Shown: in pieces, positions 56,770 to 64,000 of the stretch | How positions within the stretch are numbered: position 1 is the stretch's first letter | Layout: each line of letters opens with the position of its first letter | From: Candidatus Marinacidobacterales bacterium | Lineage (GTDB): Bacteria > Acidobacteriota > Vicinamibacteria > Marinacidobacterales > SMYC01 | Direction of reading: 5' to 3' | Length of the DNA stretch: 64,000 nt | Assembly: GCA_965237955.1 (NCBI GenBank) | Contig: OZ250169.1 | Coordinates: 128,001-192,000, forward strand | Made by a program: the position numbers and the translations under genes | The notes under the pieces: model-generated | What the model was told of the DNA's origin: nothing | What the model saw: only the letters and a program-made list of their open reading frames with translations | Databases searched by the model: none

Positions 56770-57567
56770 ATGGGGAACGTACCGGTCCTTTCTGATGCCC
56801 AGCTGGAGCAGGTCTCGCGCCTGCTTGGGAATTTTGCGACCGGCTCCGAGATCACCCGTGTCTTAAACAGTCTGGGATTGGACGACCTCTCAGGTGAGAG
56901 CACGAAGTGGCGGCGGCTCTACGGTACGTTTTCCCGGTATCAACAGCAGGATCGCGCTGCTAGCAAGCTGATCGACTTTATACGCACACTGCTTGACCCA
57001 GCGGGCTTCGTAGAACGCCCCGAGGCGTTCGAGGCCGTTCGTCAGAAATTGAATGCCTGTCTTGCCTTCGCCGGTTTGCAATATGGCAACGATGGCCAGT
57101 TTCGGCGCTCGACGGCTGTGAAGACTATCGAAGAAGCCCATCAACGAGCGCAGACTCTCCAAGCTAAATTCAAAGGCCGTCGTATTCACTCTGAGGTTGT
57201 CAAATACTGTAGACCGGAATTGCTTCATGAGAATTACTTTCATGCTGTTTTTGAGGCTTCCAAAGGATTGGCGCAACGGATCAGGGAATTATCGGGTATC
57301 GATGGCGATGGTGCAGCCCTCGTTGATGAGGTCTTTTCGGTTGTTCACCCCATATTGGCAATCAATACGCTTCAAACCGAGACTGAACGATCGGAGCACA
57401 AAGGCTTTGCGTCTTTGCTCAAAGGCTGTTTCGCCGCTGTCCGAAACCCGTTAGCCCATAAGCCGAAGCTTCTATGGAAGGGCGAGGACGACGCGGCGGA
57501 TTATCTCTCCCTGATTTCTTTGTTGCACCGAAAGCTCGATGACTGCGCCAAGGTACCATCAAGTTGA
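56770..57567 (+). CDS. TIGR02391-family protein (defence-island associated)
   Basis: TGSEI...TKWRRL N-terminus; NYFHAVFEASK, DGAALVD, SEHKGF, RNPLAH (RxxxxH). Confidence 0.8.
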   Translation: MGNVPVLSDAQLEQVSRLLGNFATGSEITRVLNSLGLDDLSGESTKWRRLYGTFSRYQQQDRAASKLIDFIRTLLDPAGFVERPEAFEAVRQKLNACLAFAGLQYGNDGQFRRSTAVKTIEEAHQRAQTLQAKFKGRRIHSEVVKYCRPELLHENYFHAVFEASKGLAQRIRELSGIDGDGAALVDEVFSVVHPILAINTLQTETERSEHKGFASLLKGCFAAVRNPLAHKPKLLWKGEDDAADYLSLISLLHRKLDDCAKVPSS

Positions 57568-57708
57568 CGTTGCGAGGGTGCTTCCGCCATCAAGTGTTGG
57601 TGAGATGACGCTAAGACGTTACGGTGAGGAAACCCACCGAAAGGCGGGTGGGCGGGTGGAAAGATCCGTGTCCATGGTCACCGTCTCCTTAAACTCTGTG
57701 TGAGTCAA

Positions 57709-60700
57709 CTATCGCGGCTGCCTCCAATCAACGCTCAGCGGTTCCTTCGCCGGAAAGAGCTCCACGTTGAGCCCCGCCGCCACCCGCTCCCGGAACCGCG
57801 CCACCTCCTCCGCGAAGATGCGGTTGGTACGCTCAAGCGCTTGGCTCAGATCCTCTTCGGCCGCCTGCAGGTACAGCCGCTCGGCCTCGGTCGGTGCCTC
57901 GCGTGCGGTGCTGAGCGTGCCGTGGATGCCACCGATGAGGTAATCGAGCTGCGGCAGCACCTCACCCGGCCAACTCACCAGCCCCTGAACCCCGTGCGGT
58001 CCAGTGAACAGTTCCTCCGCGCTGGTGAGCGCCTTCTTGAGGTCGCTACCGGCCGATGCCAGCGCCTGGGCAGTGCTGTCGCTCGCCCCGCGGTTGGCTT
58101 CGACCTGCTCCACCACGCGGTCGACATCGCGCCTCGCGTCCCGGAGACGATCCACCGCCTCCGCGGCGACTTCCAAACGCTGTCCCACGGTCATGACGTA
58201 GTCCAGCCTCTCGCGCTGCACCGCCATCGGGACCTGAAAGCGCGGATCCTCCAGGACCTCGACCGCCGCGCTCGCTTCCTGCCCCTCGAACCTCACCCGA
58301 ACCGTGTAACGGCCGGGCAGCACCTGCGGCCCGGGTAGGTGCGCCGGGCGCAGCCCGATAATGCTACTGCTACGGGGCTTGCGGAACGTGTCGTGACGGA
58401 GGTCCCACGCGGTCCGGTTGACGCCCGGCATGGCCGGAGCCTCGAACGTGCGAATCGTGGCACCCGCCTCGTCCAGGACTTCGATAGTCACCTTGGCGGT
58501 GTCTCTCACCGCGGACTCGGCGGGAATGGAGTAGGTCACGAGCGCCCCGTAGGGCCGATTCTCCCCAATGAACATCCCGTTCCCCGTGGCCTGCATCCCA
58601 TCCGGCTGCGCCACCTGATAGCGAATGGCTACCGGAACCTCGAACAAGTGCAGCGATCTGGTTGCGAGCGCGGGGCCGCGCGCCAGCGCGCGCAGGGGCC
58701 TTACGTCGTCCAGGATGTACACCGAGCGGCCGTGGGTCGCGATCACCAGGTCGTGATCTCTCGGATGCACGACGAGGGCCCGCGTGGGAGCACGCGGGAG
58801 TCCGTGACGCCACAGATGCCACTTCTTGCCTCCGTTCAGCGAGACGTACATTCCATACTCGGTGCCCAGGAACAGCAGATTCGCCTCGACGGGATCCTGC
58901 TCGATCACGTGGACGAAGTTGAATGGCTCGATGTCCGCGGTGACCAGGCTCGTCCACGTGTTGCCGTAATCCATGGTTTTGAAGACGTAGGGCGTGTTGT
59001 CGCCCCGACGGTGATCGTCGAAGGTCACGAAGGCCGTGCCACCCTCGAACTTGGAGGCCTCGATGTGCGGCACCCAGCTGTTCGGCCGCAGGCCGCGAAT
59101 CCGCTCCACCACGTTGGTCCACGTGCCGCCGCCGTCACGCGTCAGCTGCACGTTGCCGTCGTCGGTGCCGACCCAGAGCACCCCGCGCTCGACCGGCGAC
59201 GGCGCGATGGTGAGGATGGTGGTGTGATTCTCCGCCTCGCTGTCGTCGATCGTGAGCCCGCCGGATTGGTCCGCCATCTGCTTCTCGGGGTCGTTGGTGG
59301 TGAGGTCTGGGCTGATGAGGGTCCAGGTCCTCCCCATGTCCGTGCTGCGATGGACGAACTGGCTCCCGATGTAGAGCGCCCCGTCGTGGGGGTCGATCGC
59401 CATCCCGGCGTTCCAGTTGAACCGGAGCTCGATCGCCTCAGGATGGGCCGGCCGGATGGGCTGGAGCTCGCCGGTTTGAAGATCGGACCGGATGATACGG
59501 CCGCCTTCTCTCGCCGTGTAGACGTAGCGCGAGTTGTTGGGCGCGGCTAGCGCGGCAAAGCCATCACCGGATCCGATGTTCTTCCAGTCGTAGAAGCGGA
59601 TGCCGCCGTTGTGCCACACGGAGCTCGGTCCGTGCCACATGTTGTTGTCCTGGAGCCCGCCCATGACGTTGAACGGCGTCGCCAGGTCCACGTTGACGTG
59701 GTAGAACTGGCCGAGCGGCAGGTTCTCGATGAAGCGCCAGGAGTCGCCGCGATCCCGCGAGAGGTAGACCCCTGCGTCGTTACCATCGATCAGGATCTTG
59801 CCGTTGGGACTCACCCAGAGCGCGTGGTGATCCCCGTGCATCCACTCCGAGCCGACGATTGGGCGAAAGACCCTGCCGCCGTCTTCCGACCGATCAATCG
59901 TCCCGTGCAAGTTGTACAGGCGGTCCTCGTTGGTGGGGTCCACCCGCACCTGCGCGTAGTAGAACGGCCGCCCGGCGATCCTTTCAGCGACACCGCTTCC
60001 ACGTGTCGCCGCGGTCGTCGGAGCGCAGCATCACGCTGCGTTTCGCCTCGACCACGGCATAAACCACCTTGGGGTTTCCCCGCGCGAAGTCGAGCCCCAT
60101 GCGGCCGAGTTCGCCCTCGGGGAGGCCTTCCTTGGCACTCAGCTGCTTCCAGCTCTCTCCCCCGTCGTACGTGACGTGGAGCCCGCTCCCAGGTCCACCC
60201 GAGCGGAAAAACCACGGCCACCGCCGGTGATCCCACATGGCCGCAATCAGGTGATTCGGGCTCGCCGGATCCATGGCCAGGTCCCCCGCACCCGTGGTCT
60301 CGTTCACGTAGAGCACCTGCTCCCAGCTCTTGCCTCCGTCGGTCGTCTTGTACACGCCCCGATCCGGGCTCTCCTTCCAGGTATTGCCGAGTGCGCCCAC
60401 GTAGGCGAGCTCAGGATTGCTCGGGTGCAACACGATCGCGTCGATCGCCCCGCTCGACTCGAGCCCCACGTGTTGCCAGCTCTTGCCGCCGTCCAACGAC
60501 TTGTACACCCCGGTGCCGACCCCCGCCGAGTTGCGGCGATTCCGTTCCCCAGTGCCGATCCAAACGAGCTCGGGCGCCGCCTGGTAGATGGCGACCGCCC
60601 CCACCGAGGATGCCGGCAGGCCGTCGGTCAGCGGCGTCCAAGTCACGCCCCCGGAGGTGGACTTCCATAGACCCCCGGTGGCCGCGCCCACGTAGATGAT

Positions 60701-60883
60701 GTTGGGGTCGGCGTTCACGGCATCAATCGCGCTGATGCGGCCGCTCATGCCGGAGGGGCCGATGCTCCGCGCTTTCAAACCGGCAAGCCCAGTGATATCC
60801 GTCTGGGACCGCGCGGTTGACGCCGCGGCAAGAAGGGTCATGAGGAAACCCGTCGAAAGGCGAGTGGAAAGACCGGTGTGCAT
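57709..60883 (-). CDS. Secreted VPS10/BNR-repeat beta-propeller (glycosyl-hydrolase-like) protein, frameshifted near 59990
   Basis: RSIGPSGMSGRI, many S.DGG.TW Asp-boxes, RPFYY, GGLQDN, RFNWN; the two ORFs join with a single frame correction. Confidence 0.88.
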
Positions 60884-60914
60884 GGCGTCTGTCTCCCTAG
60901 GACCGTGGCAGAAA

Positions 60915-62620
60915 TTATTTCCCATTCTTGGATGGACGCAACGTGTAGTTCCACTTCGGCAGGGAAGAGGATTTTTTGATGTTGAGTAGCGCCATCGCAG
61001 GGTCCGAGATTTTGATGCCCTTAGGATACTGCTTCTTGACGAGACGGGCGTTAACCTTGAGCCCAGTTTTGGTCTTGGTGGTCCGTATGAAGTTCAGGAT
61101 GGTTTCGTAGCTATCGAGCGGCCGGCCCGCCCAATTCTTGCTAATCTCGCTGAACAGGCGGTGCTCGATTGGGTTCCACTTGGACGCACCTGGTGGATAG
61201 TGTGCGACCGTGACGTCCAAACCGTGCTCGTTGCACAGCTTGTGCTGGATGCCGTGTTTCCATGCACGGCGGGTTGCGCCGTTGCTTCCGCCAGTGTCAG
61301 CTACGACAAGTAAATGTTTGCGGCCGGGAAAACGCTTCTGACCTTCAGAGCGCCACCACTTCTCGATGCATTCGACTGCGAATTGCGACGTGTCGTAAGA
61401 CGTTCCGACATACACGGTGCCTCGATTACTCTGGAGATCATAGATGCCGTATGGGATTGCGACCCCATCTGCCATGGAGCGAAAGTCGTGGTCGTTGACG
61501 GCATCGCTCTTTTGAGCCCAGACGCGTCCTGGGTTCTTGAAGCGTCCGACCAACTCTTTCTTCTTGGTGTCGACACTCAATATGGGGTTGCCACGTCGGC
61601 TAAAGCGCTCCCGTAGCTGTGTGATGTTGGCGAACTGGGCGTCGCGAGTTGGAGGAGAGCCATTCGAGATCTTCTTTTTGTTGGTCCGGAGTGAGAAGTT
61701 CATCTGTTTAAGCAGCTTCGCGACGGTTTTGCGACTGACGCGAATGCCCAAGGCCGAGAGTTCGGCAGCTATTTTTTTTCGTGGTCTTGCGAGTCCATCT
61801 CAGACCGCTGACGGGATCGCCAGCGACCTCGTACTTCATAAGTTCTTCGATCGCCGCGATGACTTCTGGCGTTTTTTTTCGACAGCTTTGCGGCCGGCAC
61901 CCGCTTTTCGGACCCGCTCCACATTCACATCATGCTCAAGTAGCTCGCGACGGCCCCGAGCCACAGTGCTAACGTCGAGCCCGAGGATCTCCGCCATCTG
62001 GCGGTCACCGCCATAACCTAACTTGAGAGATTCAAGCCCCGCATACACACGCCTTTCTCTCTCATCGAGCAGGCTAAAGAAAAGGATGATGGCTGCTTTG
62101 AGCTCATCGGGTAGGACGTCTTGAGCAGCAATACTCTTGGACACAGAGGGTTGCGCTTCCCAAACACGTCGGCTGGCTATTTGCTGTTCACGAATGCTCC
62201 TCTTCGGAGAGAAGTAGACATTGCGATTTCTAATCCGAGTGCGGCGAAGTCTTTTCTCCCAGGCCAATTTCGGCAGCACATCTTTGGTCCCAACCCTAAC
62301 AATGGCATCAAGCTCCTCCACCGCGTAGCCAGCCTCGGAGGCGTTCACCAGTCCTTCGGCCGTGGCGACGAGTGTCCCTCGACTTGAAAAGCCGACGGAC
62401 CGAATCCACCACAAGCCGTTCTCATCAAACTCCGCGAGCTCTCGGAGCGTGTAGAAACGTCCACGGTGCGAATAGCTGGTGCAGTAGTCGAGCTCTCTCA
62501 GTTTCCGGAACACCGTCAGGTCAGCGACAGTCCCCACTGTCTTCTTGAGCATGTCCATGGTGGCGATGAGACGTTTGGCAAACAACCCCCGCAGGCGGTC
62601 AATGTCAGAGTTACGAATCA
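60915..62620 (-). mobile_element. ISAzo13-family transposase region (two frame changes)
   Basis: LDERERRVYAGLES..LGYGG, GAGRK, A8 slippery site near 61872, SVDTKKKE, DHDF, DTGGSN, SKWNPIEHRLFS, WNY. Confidence 0.88.
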
Positions 62621-63073
62621 TAATTCGTAACCCTAACACACAATGACCTACGTCTCCATGGGCAAGCTCTCAAAGAGCTGCAAATAGCTCCATTTGACGC
62701 GGTCCCGCCAGGCGATCCGCTTCCCGCCGGCTCGGATCGTTATCCCTGCAGCAGATGAATTACGACAAAGACTTGGTAGTTATTCTTGCCCCGACCCTAA
62801 GTATTGGATTCCGGCAAAAATCTGTACGGCCCTGGGCGTTACCGCACGGAATTCTACACCTCACTATGAGGTCAAACCACCTGCTTGTGACGATCCCAGG
62901 AGTGTTGAAAATCCTTAAATCGCCTGTGCCTTCTATTTATTCATCCGCGCGCACCGAACTTGATTAGTCTCCGGTCTGCCGGCACCATGCCTACATGATC
63001 GACGTGTTCCGGTTCGACAGTGCCCGCCGATCCTGCCAGGCGCCACGCTCCCGGTCTTGCGATGGCGCGTCAC

Positions 63074-63391
63074 CCGTCCTGTGCCAAAACTCGGCCCTCT
63101 TGAAATAGCCGATAAATCAGCAGCTTAGCGTCTGTGTTTTGCGATGGTGCCAAGGGCCGTGGGCTTTACAATCGTCTGGCCCGAGGGTGTTATCTTCGGA
63201 TCCATCATGACGTACCATGTGCAATTCCTACTGTTGGTCAGGCAGCCGTTGTTCGATCGGGCAGCCCTGCCGCTCACACAGACCTCATGGGTGCTTCCGC
63301 CATTAAGTGTTGGTAAAATGACACTAAGACTTTACGGTGCATTAAATTACAGGCATGGTTTTTCAAAAGGGCCGAGTTTTGGCACAGGACG
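63074..63391. mobile_element. Short rve-IS derivative enclosing a Tn3-like IR
   Basis: Terminal repeats at both ends; [10 protein letters not shown] stub; Tn3-like IR at about 63289..63351. Confidence 0.75.
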
Positions 63392-64000
63392 CCGAGAGTT
63401 TTTTGGGGTATCGTTCCGAGTTGCGGTGAAGTATATAGACGCAGTGATCCAGAAAAGTGCACTTGAGATACGAACATTAGACGCCTTGGCTGCGCTGAGT
63501 TCCAAGAGCAGATGGCGGTTAAGTTTCGAACGCTGGGCGCGTGACATACAAATCAGAGTGAGGACGATAGAGGACGATAATTGTCAGGATCGAGAAGCGA
63601 GCTGCTCTTCTACGGCAAAAGCCTTAGCCATCTGATCAAGAGATACGAAGAAGCGGAGATCCCAGGAGAGGTCGAAGGCTGGGAACGAAGGATGACTTGC
63701 CAACGATCCGATTCTCCGAAAGACAGCGAAATATCTGTGGAGGAATGGTTGTGCTCCGCAAAAAGTCTATCCAGTGTTGATTGCGCGTTTTTGACCTGAC
63801 GGAGAATCATGCCCCACGGCGCTCCCCGGTGGGGTGAATCCGCGCGAGACAGTCGGTAATCCGCCCTGTTCGAGCGGGGCGGCGTTGAAGGAGGATACAA
63901 CGTGATGAATACGCCAATCTTTCGCCTAATGCGTTTCCCAAGGGCCTTGATCTTGTTGCTGGTCGTAATCGTCACGACGACATTGTTTGCTAGGCTGGAA

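Overview
GC-rich bacterial accessory region: a defence island heavily scrambled by insertion sequences. Intact-looking defence loci are (i) a type I-G (I-U) CRISPR-Cas locus (WYL regulator, cas3, csx17/cas8g, csb1, csb2, cas4-cas1, cas2) with a 70-repeat array cut off by an IS end; (ii) a ubiquitin-like operon (Ubl, E2-like/ThiF-E1, DUF6527-like) followed by a stand-alone HsdR-N-type nuclease; (iii) a translationally coupled amino-DNA-methyltransferase / ABC-ATPase with an extra N-terminal domain / HNH nuclease operon, the best candidate for an undescribed restriction-like system; (iv) an EcsC-like / unknown / UDG-superfamily triple-fusion protein; and (v) a TIGR02391-like gene. There is also a drmC-like relic. 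Other cargo includes a sulfatase, M12 and S41 peptidases and a VPS10/BNR-repeat protein. Mobile DNA includes IS6, IS3, two IS5 types, ISNCY-like, IS200, IS256, ISAzo13, 12 copies of the end of an rve-integrase IS, Tn3-like IRs, prophage crumbs and a truncated large serine recombinase. Several 1-nt frameshifts may be sequencing errors. All family assignments are from motif recognition by eye; no database searches were run.
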